Assembly (NCBI GenBank): GCA_028288515.1
Contig: JAQBNP010000135.1
Span: forward strand, 1-58,588
Source: Flaviaestuariibacter sp.
GTDB lineage: Bacteria; Bacteroidota; Bacteroidia; Chitinophagales; Chitinophagaceae
Length of the DNA: 58,588 bases
Reading direction: 5' to 3'
Shown here: positions 9,925-18,389 of the stretch, piece after piece
How positions within the stretch are numbered: the first letter of the stretch is position 1
How the letters are laid out: each line of letters opens with the position of its first letter
Notes under the pieces: model-generated
What the model saw: only the letters and a program-made list of their open reading frames with translations
The model's database searches: none
What the model was told of the DNA's origin: nothing
Program-made: the position numbers and the translations under genes

Positions 9925-11163
9925 GTGGTTCAATTTGAACGCTTTACCCTCGCGAATGGCCTGCGCGTGGTGGTCCACCAGGACACCTCGACACCAATGG
10001 CCGTTGTCAATGTCATGTACGACGTGGGTGCAAAAGACGAAGACCCTTCCCGTACGGGCTTCGCGCACCTCTTCGAGCACCTGATGTTCGGCGGCTCCGT
10101 AAATATTCCCGAATACGACGAGCCACTGCAGATGGCCGGCGGCGAGAACAATGCCTATACGACCAACGACCTGACGAACTACTATATCCAGCTGCCTGCG
10201 GAAAACCTCGAGACGGCCTTCTGGCTCGAGAGCGACCGGATGCTGTCACTCGCGTTCACGCCAAAGAGTCTCGACGTGCAGCGCAAAGTGGTCTGCGAGG
10301 AGTTCAAGGAGCATTATCTGAACAAGCCTTACGGAGACGTGTGGCTCAGGCTCCGCGACCTGTCCTACCAGGTGCATCCGTACCGGTGGATGACGATCGG
10401 GAAGGAACTGGCTCATATCGAGAACGCGCAGCTGCAGGACGTCAAGGACTTTTTCTTTCGCCACTACCGGCCTGTCAATGCCATCCTCGTCGTTGCCGGA
10501 AACGTAACGGTGGAGCAGGTTCGGACGCTCGCGGAAAAATGGTTCGGATCGATCGAGCCCGGTGAGCGCTACGAGCGCAGCCTGCCCGCCGAGCCGCGCC
10601 AGACCGCTCCCCGGAAGCTCGAGGTTCGGGCAGACGTGCCGCTCGACGCACTCTATAAATGCTGGCATATCTACCCCCGCCTCGATCAGCGCTATTACGT
10701 GGCTGACCTCATCACCGAGGTGCTTGGCGGCGGCGGCTCGTCCCGGCTGTACCAGGCGCTTGTGAAGGAGCAGAAGCTGTTCAGCAATATCGAATGCTAC
10801 CATTTCGGAACGGTCGACGCCGGCCTGCTCACCGTGGAAGGCAAGCTCGTGAAAGGCGTGACCCCGGAAGCCGCGGAAGCTGCCATTGCCGCCGAGCTCG
10901 AGAAGCTCAAAGCCGAAAGTATCTCGGCTACCGAGCTGCAGAAAGTAAAGAACAAGACCGAGAGCGCTATTGCGTTCGAGGACATGACCGTGATGAACCG
11001 CGCCAACAGCCTGGCCTTCTACGAGCTGCTGGGCGATGCCGGCCTGATGAACTCCGAGCTCGATCGCTATAACCGCGTCACTGTCGATGATATCCGCACC
11101 GAGTGCAACGAAATCTTTCAAGAATCAAACAGCAATACCATCTGGTACCTGTCGAAGAACTGA
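9925..11163 (+). CDS. M16 (pitrilysin) family zinc peptidase, catalytic subunit
   Basis: GFAHLFEH inverted zinc motif, NAYTT, ESDRM. Confidence 0.93.
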   Translation: MVQFERFTLANGLRVVVHQDTSTPMAVVNVMYDVGAKDEDPSRTGFAHLFEHLMFGGSVNIPEYDEPLQMAGGENNAYTTNDLTNYYIQLPAENLETAFWLESDRMLSLAFTPKSLDVQRKVVCEEFKEHYLNKPYGDVWLRLRDLSYQVHPYRWMTIGKELAHIENAQLQDVKDFFFRHYRPVNAILVVAGNVTVEQVRTLAEKWFGSIEPGERYERSLPAEPRQTAPRKLEVRADVPLDALYKCWHIYPRLDQRYYVADLITEVLGGGGSSRLYQALVKEQKLFSNIECYHFGTVDAGLLTVEGKLVKGVTPEAAEAAIAAELEKLKAESISATELQKVKNKTESAIAFEDMTVMNRANSLAFYELLGDAGLMNSELDRYNRVTVDDIRTECNEIFQESNSNTIWYLSKN

Positions 11164-11167
11164 CCTT

Positions 11168-12457
11168 ATGCAAACAGCCACGACCCTCGACCGTAAGAAC
11201 CCGCCCGTGATCAAGGACGCCGTTGAATTTGACCTCAAGCTGAAGCCCTGCCAGCGCTACACGCTGGCTAACGGCGTGGAGGTATACGCCATCGACGCAG
11301 GCGCGGAAGACGTGGTGCAGGTGGAATGTGTGTTCTATGCCGGCAACTGGGTCGAGGACAGGAACCTGCTCGCCGCCAGCACGAATTTCCTGTTGAAGAA
11401 CGGAACCTCCGCAAAGAATGCCTTCCAGATCAACGAGCACTTTGATTTCTTCGGCTCCTACCTGAACCGCAACTGCTACAATGAAACGGCCACCCTCTCT
11501 GTCCATACCCTGACCAAGCACCTTCCCGAGCTCCTTCCTGTCATGCGCGAGATGCTGACGGAATCCGTGTTCCCCCAGGCCGAGATCGACACATACAAGC
11601 AGAACATGAAGCAGCGCCTGAACGTGAGCCTGAAGAAGGCCGACTTCGTGGCAGGACGCCTCATCGACGCCTACCTCTACGGGCCCACACATCCGTACGG
11701 ACGCTACAGCAGCTTCGAGGATTTCGATGCGCTGCAGCGAGACGACATCGTTGCCTTCTATGAAAAATATTACGTGAACGGGCGATTCGTCCTGTTCGTT
11801 TCCGGCAAGCTGCCGGCAAATCTCTATGAACTTTTGAATGACTCGCTCGGTGGACTGGCAAACGGTGCCATCACGCTGCCAGAACAGGCTTCCGCACCAG
11901 CCGGCGAGAAAAAGTACCGCGTGACCAACGACCCGAACGGTGTGCAGGGATCCATCCGGATGGGCATGCCCTTTCCAAACCGACACCATCCCGACTTCCT
12001 GAAAGTGCAGGTTCTCAACAACATCTTCGGCGGCTATTTCGGATCGCGCCTCATGAGCAATATCCGCGAGGACAAAGGCTATACGTATGGCATTCACAGC
12101 TATCTCGAAAATCATATCGAGCAAAGCGCCTGGGTGATCAGCACCGAGGCAGGCCGCGACGTTTGCGAAGCCACGCTTGGCGAGGTGTACAAAGAAATGG
12201 AACGCCTCCGCCAGGAGCCCGTTGACGCAGAGGAACTGCAGCTGGTGCGCAACTATATGATCGGCATTATCCTCGGCGACCTTGACGGACCGTTTCACAT
12301 CATCAATCGCTGGAAGAACCTGATTCTGAACGGGCTGACGGAGGATTTCTTCTACCAGCAGATGGCTACCATCAAGAACATCGGTGCCGGCGAGCTTCAG
12401 GAGCTTGCCAACAAATACCTGCGCCCCGAGAATTTCTATGAGCTTATTGTTGTTTGA
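11168..12457 (+). CDS. M16 family non-catalytic partner subunit
   Basis: Lacks HxxEH; has FGSRLMSNIREDKGYTYGI. Confidence 0.9.
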   Translation: MQTATTLDRKNPPVIKDAVEFDLKLKPCQRYTLANGVEVYAIDAGAEDVVQVECVFYAGNWVEDRNLLAASTNFLLKNGTSAKNAFQINEHFDFFGSYLNRNCYNETATLSVHTLTKHLPELLPVMREMLTESVFPQAEIDTYKQNMKQRLNVSLKKADFVAGRLIDAYLYGPTHPYGRYSSFEDFDALQRDDIVAFYEKYYVNGRFVLFVSGKLPANLYELLNDSLGGLANGAITLPEQASAPAGEKKYRVTNDPNGVQGSIRMGMPFPNRHHPDFLKVQVLNNIFGGYFGSRLMSNIREDKGYTYGIHSYLENHIEQSAWVISTEAGRDVCEATLGEVYKEMERLRQEPVDAEELQLVRNYMIGIILGDLDGPFHIINRWKNLILNGLTEDFFYQQMATIKNIGAGELQELANKYLRPENFYELIVV

Positions 12458-12480
12458 TGACAGGCAGGAGTGTTAAACAG

Positions 12481-12508
12481 AGGAGCCGCAACGAACGCTG
12501 CGGCTCCT
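12481..12508. terminator. Hairpin/terminator between convergent genes
   Basis: AGGAGCCGCA-loop-TGCGGCTCCT. Confidence 0.6.
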
Positions 12509-12526
12509 CTGTTCCTGGATGGATCG

Positions 12527-12949
12527 TTATTGCGAATTCGGGTGGCGGCACACTTTCCAGTAGTGCATGATCAGGCCGATCACTTCCCTGATCCGGTCGA
12601 TGTTATTCTCCTTCACGAAATAACCCTGCACCATCATTTCGTAGGCTTTTACAACAGCATCGTCTTCGACATTGGTCGTGAGAAAGATAAAGGGAATGCT
12701 TTTGCGCCGCAGCTTCTCGTTGTCGTTGATCGCCTGTCGCAGCCGTGTGCCGCTCATAAGGGGCAGGTTCACATCGGAGATGATAATAAAGGGACTGTCG
12801 CGCGTGGTGAGAAGATAGTCAAGAACCTGCTGGCCATTGTCGAAAAATTTGAGCTCGTTGGTGATGGAAAGGCTCTTGAAAACTTCACGCAGCACATCGC
12901 GGTCGTCGACGTCGTCCTCGGCAATAATGATCGGTCCTTTCCTGCTCAT
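12527..12949 (-). CDS. Single-domain response regulator (Rcp1-like)
   Basis: AEDD, SDVNLP, FLTT, YFVK, YW tail. Confidence 0.9.
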   Translation of the reverse strand: MSRKGPIIIAEDDVDDRDVLREVFKSLSITNELKFFDNGQQVLDYLLTTRDSPFIIISDVNLPLMSGTRLRQAINDNEKLRRKSIPFIFLTTNVEDDAVVKAYEMMVQGYFVKENNIDRIREVIGLIMHYWKVCRHPNSQ

Positions 12950-13005
12950 AATACGGAAGTTTCGAATTCGAAATTAAGGCAAAGAATGAAATGGATCGGG
13001 GTCGG

Positions 13006-13467
13006 CTAGGCAACACGCGGGGCGGACACGGGCAGGTTGCTGTAAAGGTGCAGGGGTGCGCCATTCCCGGTCCAGTCGAGCTCCAGCACTTTGCGGAGGC
13101 CCATAACCAGCACGGGATAGTGTGCCGGCTTTTTGAAGTGCATGTTGGCGCCGAGGCTATACGCGAGTGCCATTGCGGTCGGGTTGCCGCCATGGCTGTG
13201 CAGCACAACGGGAACGGTTCGGAACACCGAGGGCGTCATCAGCGATTCGAGGGTGGCAGCAGGCCTGGTGGGGTCAGTATCGATGCCGAGAAAGATAATG
13301 TCGGGTGTGAATGTTTCGAGGATCTCCTGCGCCTGGCCGGCCGTGCGTGCCCAGCACAACCGGGCTTGCGGGGCGGCTTCGCCCAGGGCCTGTTGAAAGA
13401 AAACGCCGTCTTCCGCGTTCTCATCGATCAGCAGCACATGTTTTATCGGGGGATTCAGGTTCGTCAT
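13006..13467 (-). CDS. Atypical (pseudo-)receiver domain protein
   Basis: REC fold (VLLIDE, PDIIFLG, GANMHFKKP), but the phospho-acceptor Asp position is Gly. Confidence 0.8.
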   Translation of the reverse strand: MTNLNPPIKHVLLIDENAEDGVFFQQALGEAAPQARLCWARTAGQAQEILETFTPDIIFLGIDTDPTRPAATLESLMTPSVFRTVPVVLHSHGGNPTAMALAYSLGANMHFKKPAHYPVLVMGLRKVLELDWTGNGAPLHLYSNLPVSAPRVA

Positions 13468-13605
13468 GAGGTAGGGCCGCACGCATGGCGGCAGGAGGAC
13501 AAAAGTAAACCGCGCCGGATGGCGGGAAGGCTTCTTTCCGATAGAACGGCCCAGTAACGGGGTGGAAGGACGCAAGCCTTCGGCAGATGCGGATGCTCGA
13601 AAAAA

Positions 13606-14079
13606 TCAGGAGAAAGCGGTGTACCGGCCGTTGATGCAGTATTGCTCGCGGATGCTCTCGGGTTGCTGCCAGTCGAGGTTCAGGATCGTTGACACAGCTT
13701 TGGTAAGATCGGAGAAAACGGAGGGCTTGATGAAGAAGAGGTCGGCGCCCATTTCGTAGGCTGTCTGGATATTGGCCGGGCGCGTTGTTGAGGAGAACAC
13801 AACAACGGGCAGGTGCTTCAGAGAATCGTTGCTCCGGATGGCGATGAGGCATTCAAGGCCGTTCTTGTAGGGCATCTCGAGGTCGAGGAAAAGGAGGTCG
13901 GGAACGAAATGGGTCAGAAGATCGAGAAGCTCGTTGCCGTCCTGAACGACCGTCAGCTTGCGGACGGGATCAAGCTCTTCGAATACGCTGTTGAAGAGGA
14001 AGCTATCGTCGGAATCATCATCGGCCAGGACGATCGACTTGATGGCGTGCTTGATCTCTTTTTGCGGTTCCGGGTTCAT
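13606..14079 (-). CDS. Single-domain response regulator
   Basis: LADDD, FLDLEMP, FSS, FIKP. Confidence 0.92.
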   Translation of the reverse strand: MNPEPQKEIKHAIKSIVLADDDSDDSFLFNSVFEELDPVRKLTVVQDGNELLDLLTHFVPDLLFLDLEMPYKNGLECLIAIRSNDSLKHLPVVVFSSTTRPANIQTAYEMGADLFFIKPSVFSDLTKAVSTILNLDWQQPESIREQYCINGRYTAFS

Positions 14080-14120
14080 GTGAGGTCGACGGGTTCCTTT
14101 TGGTAAAAGTAAAGGATTTC

Positions 14121-14136
14121 ACCGTAAAATTACGGT
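14121..14136. promoter_or_regulatory. Palindromic site ACCGTA-AAAT-TACGGT
   Basis: Same 6-4-6 arms as the core of the 7112-7153 palindrome; 42 nt upstream of the 14079 start. Confidence 0.55.
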
Positions 14137-14173
14137 ATGTCATCGGCCGGCCAGCTGTGTGCAGCCACAGGTC

Positions 14174-14647
14174 TCAGGCGGTCAGCGCGGACGTAAATGG
14201 AACGAACTGGTTATTGATAAAATACATCACCGGCGATTGTGCGGCCCGTGTCCAATCCATCCGCAGCGCATGTTCCAGGGCGTTCACCAGGTGGCTCTGG
14301 CTGAACGGCTTGACGATGAACAGGTCTGCGCCTTTCTCATAGGATCGGGCAATGTCCGACATCCGGGCAGAGTTGCTGTACACGATCACGCGCATATTGC
14401 CGTAGCGGCTGTCCCGGCGGATCTCTTCCAGGCATTCGAGGCCACTTTTTCCAGGAAGCGTAAGATCGAGAAACAGGATGTCGGGAATGGTTTTCTGCAG
14501 GTCTTCGAGCAGGTCTTCGCCACTGTGCGCGGAAAAGAAACGGAGCGGCGCATCGACCTTGAGAAGCGCCTTTTCAAACAACAGACAGGCATCTGGATCA
14601 TCATCCACCAGCATGACCTGCTGAACAAACGGGGAGAGGTGTTTCAT
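14174..14647 (-). CDS. Single-domain response regulator
   Basis: LVDDD, FLDLTLP, YS, IVKP. Confidence 0.92.
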   Translation of the reverse strand: MKHLSPFVQQVMLVDDDPDACLLFEKALLKVDAPLRFFSAHSGEDLLEDLQKTIPDILFLDLTLPGKSGLECLEEIRRDSRYGNMRVIVYSNSARMSDIARSYEKGADLFIVKPFSQSHLVNALEHALRMDWTRAAQSPVMYFINNQFVPFTSALTA

Positions 14648-14826
14648 ATGCGTTGCGAATTGAGAGAATTAAAAAAAATCGTCTCGCCGCAGTCAGGTTG
14701 GTTAGCCATTCCAAATTTAATTAGAAAAAACAAAACAAATAATAAAAATTCTTTGAGTGTACGGATGGGCTTCCAGCTCGTCCTTATAACGTGCTCGCTT
14801 TAAGGTGTTCTTAGCAATCATTCCCC

Positions 14827-14834
14827 TATCTTTG
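14827..14834 (+). promoter_or_regulatory. Sigma-A -7 element of the DEAD-box helicase gene
   Basis: TATCTTTG about 155 nt upstream of the TTG start. Confidence 0.55.
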
Positions 14835-14989
14835 CCGGGATACTATACTCCTCTTAGCAGACTCGGTCCCCTTCATTCCGTAAGCCAGTCCAGTCCTTTT
14901 TGTGAGCATAGAAAAACTCTAGCTCCGCCTTTTGTGCGTCATGCACAGTTTGCAGTTAGCATTTGAAAGCAACTTAAATTTTTTCGATT

Positions 14990-16246
14990 TTGACATTTGA
15001 CCAATTAGGTCTTATTCAGCCTATTTTGAAGGCTCTTAAGACGGAAGGCTATACACAGCCGACACCCATCCAGGAACAATCCATTCCCATCGTTTTAGAC
15101 GGCCACGATCTTCTCGGCCTTGCCCAGACTGGTACTGGTAAAACGGCCGCCTTCGCCATCCCCATCCTGCAGATCCTGCATAACAATGGAGGCAACAGCA
15201 AAGGCTACAAGCATATCCGCGCCCTGATCCTCACCCCGACGCGCGAGCTCGCGGTGCAGATCGATGAAAGCTTCGCTTCGTATGGCCGCCATGTAGGTCT
15301 GAAGCACGACGTCATTTATGGCGGCGTATCCCAGTACACCCAAACGGCTTCCCTGCGTAACGGCACCGATATCCTCATTGCCACGCCAGGCCGCCTGATG
15401 GACCTCATGAACCAAGGCTACGTTCACCTCGACCATCTCGAGATCTTTGTTCTTGATGAAGCCGACCGCATGCTTGACATGGGCTTTATTACCGACGTGA
15501 AAAAGATCATCCGCGAGATCCCCGAGCAGCGCCAGACCCTGTTCTTCTCGGCCACCATGCCGCCTGCGATCTCCGGCCTCGCCGACTCGATCCTCTACAA
15601 GCCACAGCGCGTCGAGGTGACACCGGTTTCGTCGACTGCCGAGCGCATCGACCAATCCGTTTACTTCGTTGCCGGCCGCGATAAGAACGCCCTGCTGATG
15701 CACCTGATCAATGAGCACCGCATCACGCGCTCGCTTGTTTTCTGCCGCACCAAGCATGGCGCCGACAAGATCGCCAAGGAGCTGAAGAAGAACGGTGTGA
15801 ACGCAGACGCGATCCACGGTAACAAGACGCAGAATGCCCGGCAGAACGCGCTTCAAAACTTCAAGAACGGACGCCTGAAAGTGCTCGTCGCTACAGATAT
15901 CGCGGCACGCGGCATCGACATCGACGACCTGACGCACGTAATCAACTACGACCTGCCGAACGTTCCCGAAAGCTATGTACACCGGATCGGCCGTACAGGT
16001 CGGGCCGGCGCCAGCGGCATCGCTTTCTCATTCTGCAACGGCGAAGAGCGCGCGTACCTGAAGGACATCAATAAGCTGATCGGCCAGAAGATCCCGGCTG
16101 TCGGACATCCGTATGAGATGAGCGCGGAAGCAGCCGCTTCCGAGGCTCCCTCACCGAAGCAGCAGCGCCCGAACGCCAACCGGTCCAACCGCCCGAACGG
16201 CAACAACCGCCGGCGTCCGTCTCCGTCGCCCCGCTCGAACTCCTGA
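14990..16246 (+). CDS. rhlE: DEAD-box RNA helicase (RhlE-like)
   Basis: Q motif, AQTGTGKT, PTRELA, DEAD, SAT, HRIGRTGR, basic tail. Confidence 0.9.
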   Translation: MTFDQLGLIQPILKALKTEGYTQPTPIQEQSIPIVLDGHDLLGLAQTGTGKTAAFAIPILQILHNNGGNSKGYKHIRALILTPTRELAVQIDESFASYGRHVGLKHDVIYGGVSQYTQTASLRNGTDILIATPGRLMDLMNQGYVHLDHLEIFVLDEADRMLDMGFITDVKKIIREIPEQRQTLFFSATMPPAISGLADSILYKPQRVEVTPVSSTAERIDQSVYFVAGRDKNALLMHLINEHRITRSLVFCRTKHGADKIAKELKKNGVNADAIHGNKTQNARQNALQNFKNGRLKVLVATDIAARGIDIDDLTHVINYDLPNVPESYVHRIGRTGRAGASGIAFSFCNGEERAYLKDINKLIGQKIPAVGHPYEMSAEAAASEAPSPKQQRPNANRSNRPNGNNRRRPSPSPRSNS

Positions 16247-16265
16247 TCAGATCAATAGAGAGCAT

Positions 16266-16300
16266 AAAAAAAATGCGGCCGTTTCGGTCGCATTTTTTTT
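16266..16300. terminator. Bidirectional intrinsic terminator
   Basis: A-tract-TGCGGCC-loop-GGTCGCA-T-tract. Confidence 0.8.
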
Positions 16301-16328
16301 ATCGGCCACTGGCCGAAAAAAGATCGTG

Positions 16329-16589
16329 TCATGCACGCAGCTGGTGCAGCTCTTCCTGGATGGTCGTGCTGAGCAGTTCTTCGGTGCTTGTGATCCAGGC
16401 CGGGAGCTTGTCGGTCGCCGCTTTCCAGCCGCCGTCCGATGTCCGGGTCATTTGGAAATACACACGAATGCCGCGGTCATCCGGAACGTCCACGTGGTAC
16501 CTGACCTCGTTATCCTGCGACACCTGGCGGAAATTGAATTCCCGCTGCCGGTCGCCTGCCTTGATGATCCGTGAAAAATATGTGCTCAT
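16329..16589 (-). CDS. Hypothetical protein (86 aa)
   Basis: Compact ORF with protein-like composition, followed by a terminator. Confidence 0.75.
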   Translation of the reverse strand: MSTYFSRIIKAGDRQREFNFRQVSQDNEVRYHVDVPDDRGIRVYFQMTRTSDGGWKAATDKLPAWITSTEELLSTTIQEELHQLRA

Positions 16590-16724
16590 AGAAGGTCTCT
16601 TAATGATGATAAATGAAACGATGAAACGCAGAAAAAGATGCTTTGTTGTGCCGTCACCAATTCGGTTTAAAGGTAGGTTTTTGCAGCGCGAAGCTTTGTT
16701 AAAAAAACATGTCGGACCCGTTAT

Positions 16725-16946
16725 TTACCACACGATATACCACGTGCCCTTGTCATCCTTTGCATAACTCAGGCCATTGCTCATCACATGGACTTCCCTG
16801 CCGTCCCCGGGGTCCGGATAGGTCTTTACTTCGTACACGCGCACCCCGTTGTTTTCGCGCGTCAGGTAGACGACGAGCGCGTTCAGTGTCGGCTGCACCT
16901 CGTGCAGCCATTGCTCATCGCTTTCTTTGACAAATGCCTGGCTCAT
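16725..16946 (-). CDS. Hypothetical protein (73 aa) beginning MSQAFVKE
   Basis: Start set at MSQAFVKESD; protein-like sequence. Confidence 0.7.
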   Translation of the reverse strand: MSQAFVKESDEQWLHEVQPTLNALVVYLTRENNGVRVYEVKTYPDPGDGREVHVMSNGLSYAKDDKGTWYIVW

Positions 16947-17051
16947 GGATCGTTGATTCTTCTGCCTGACAAGAAAAAAAATTATGCCTGTTCCCCGAAA
17001 ACGGAAAAGCCCCGGACACACCGGGGCTTTTTGGGGAAAGTGGTGGCCTGC

Positions 17052-17846
17052 CTAGTCGGCAACGGGGAGAAATTCTTTGACGCGTGCTTTCCTGGCGGCA
17101 TCGTTATAAGCGGTTCGCGCTTCGGCAATCCGGTCACGCGCCGAGCCAAGCTGAATGATGTAATTCAAAGACAGGTCGCTCGACGCGGTAAAGCTCGGCT
17201 GCACATTTTTGTCGAGCTGGGCAGCCAGCTTTTTCTGCCCGGCGATGAAGGCAGCTCGTTCTGCCGCCGTAGCCGGGTTGGCTTTCGCGAGTGCTTGAAC
17301 GAGCGACGACATCGCCGTGATCCCCGGGGTTGCCGTTCCATACGACGTGCGGTAAGCCACATAATCCTGAACGATGGCGGCGCGCTTGGCGTACTCGTCC
17401 TGCAGGCGCGACCAGGCCACACGCACGTTCTCGAGATAGAGCTGCCGGTACAGGATATCTTTTACGAGATCCGGCGTCGCGGCGACCTTCCATTGGCCAT
17501 GCTCTTTGCGAAGGGGGATGGTCAGGATCTCGTTCTGCACCACGCAGCTTTCCCCGGCAACGTGCTCGGCGAGATTGGAAGTGGAGAACACGGTAGCAAC
17601 CTGGTCCTCCATCCTCTTGCTGCGCTCTTCATCGGAGAGGCCCCGTCCCTCGAGCTCCGTGCGGCCCTTTTGGAGCGTGGCTCTCGTGGCATCCGTCGTC
17701 ATAGCGGCGGCGTCATCGAACTTAAGCGTGTAGAGATCCTTTACGAAGGCGGAAGAAACTTCCTTTGGACTTTTCGCCGTATTGCAGGCAACCAGCAGAA
17801 CGGTCAGCAACAGCAAGGTCAGAAAGGCGTGTAAAACTCTGCTCAT
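17052..17846 (-). CDS. Lipoprotein with DUF4878-like N-domain and LemA-like C-domain
   Basis: LLVAC lipobox; SPKEVSSAFV...LRKEHGQWKV; WSRLQDEYAKRAAIV...RIAEARTAYNDA. Confidence 0.7.
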   Translation of the reverse strand: MSRVLHAFLTLLLLTVLLVACNTAKSPKEVSSAFVKDLYTLKFDDAAAMTTDATRATLQKGRTELEGRGLSDEERSKRMEDQVATVFSTSNLAEHVAGESCVVQNEILTIPLRKEHGQWKVAATPDLVKDILYRQLYLENVRVAWSRLQDEYAKRAAIVQDYVAYRTSYGTATPGITAMSSLVQALAKANPATAAERAAFIAGQKKLAAQLDKNVQPSFTASSDLSLNYIIQLGSARDRIAEARTAYNDAARKARVKEFLPVAD

Positions 17847-18035
17847 AGTTGGTCATTTATGTGTGATGAATGAATTTCAGAAACACGGAATGAACCTGCG
17901 CATGACGACTTTTACGAATCTTTCGAAGAACAAGCCTGGACGGAAAAACCGGGTCATGTGAGTCCCTTACAAGATAGGATTTTTCTCCGAAGAGTCAATG
18001 GATGGGACGGGAAAGCGAGCTGCCCGACGCGCACG

Positions 18036-18064
18036 AAAAAGCCCGGGCTATGCCCGGGCTTTTT
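18036..18064. terminator. Intrinsic terminator
   Basis: AAAAAGCCCGGGC-TAT-GCCCGGGCTTTTT. Confidence 0.75.
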
Positions 18065-18078
18065 CAAAATGCTGGTTC

Positions 18079-18330
18079 TCAGCTTTTCTTCAGCGTGCCT
18101 TTTTTCTTGTCGCGATGGCGGCCGTAGAGATAGCCGGCTCCCGCTCCCACTGCGCCACCAACGATGGCACCCTTGCCTTTTTTCTTCGAAACGATGATGC
18201 CGGTGCCTGCACCGACGGCGCCACCGATCACTGCCCCTTTCTTGCGGCTGCTCGTTTGCGCCTGCGCACTGTCAGCCGACGCCACCGTGAGTGCGAAGGC
18301 AAGACTCAAAATCCCCATGATCTTTTTCAT
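18079..18330 (-). CDS. Secreted glycine-zipper (YMGG-like) protein
   Basis: Signal peptide plus two GAVIGGAVGAG-type repeats. Confidence 0.85.
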   Translation of the reverse strand: MKKIMGILSLAFALTVASADSAQAQTSSRKKGAVIGGAVGAGTGIIVSKKKGKGAIVGGAVGAGAGYLYGRHRDKKKGTLKKS

Positions 18331-18389
18331 ATGCTTCCATTTTAATTGCGTAGAATCTTTGTATGACTCTTCCAGAATGGGGCCAATTT

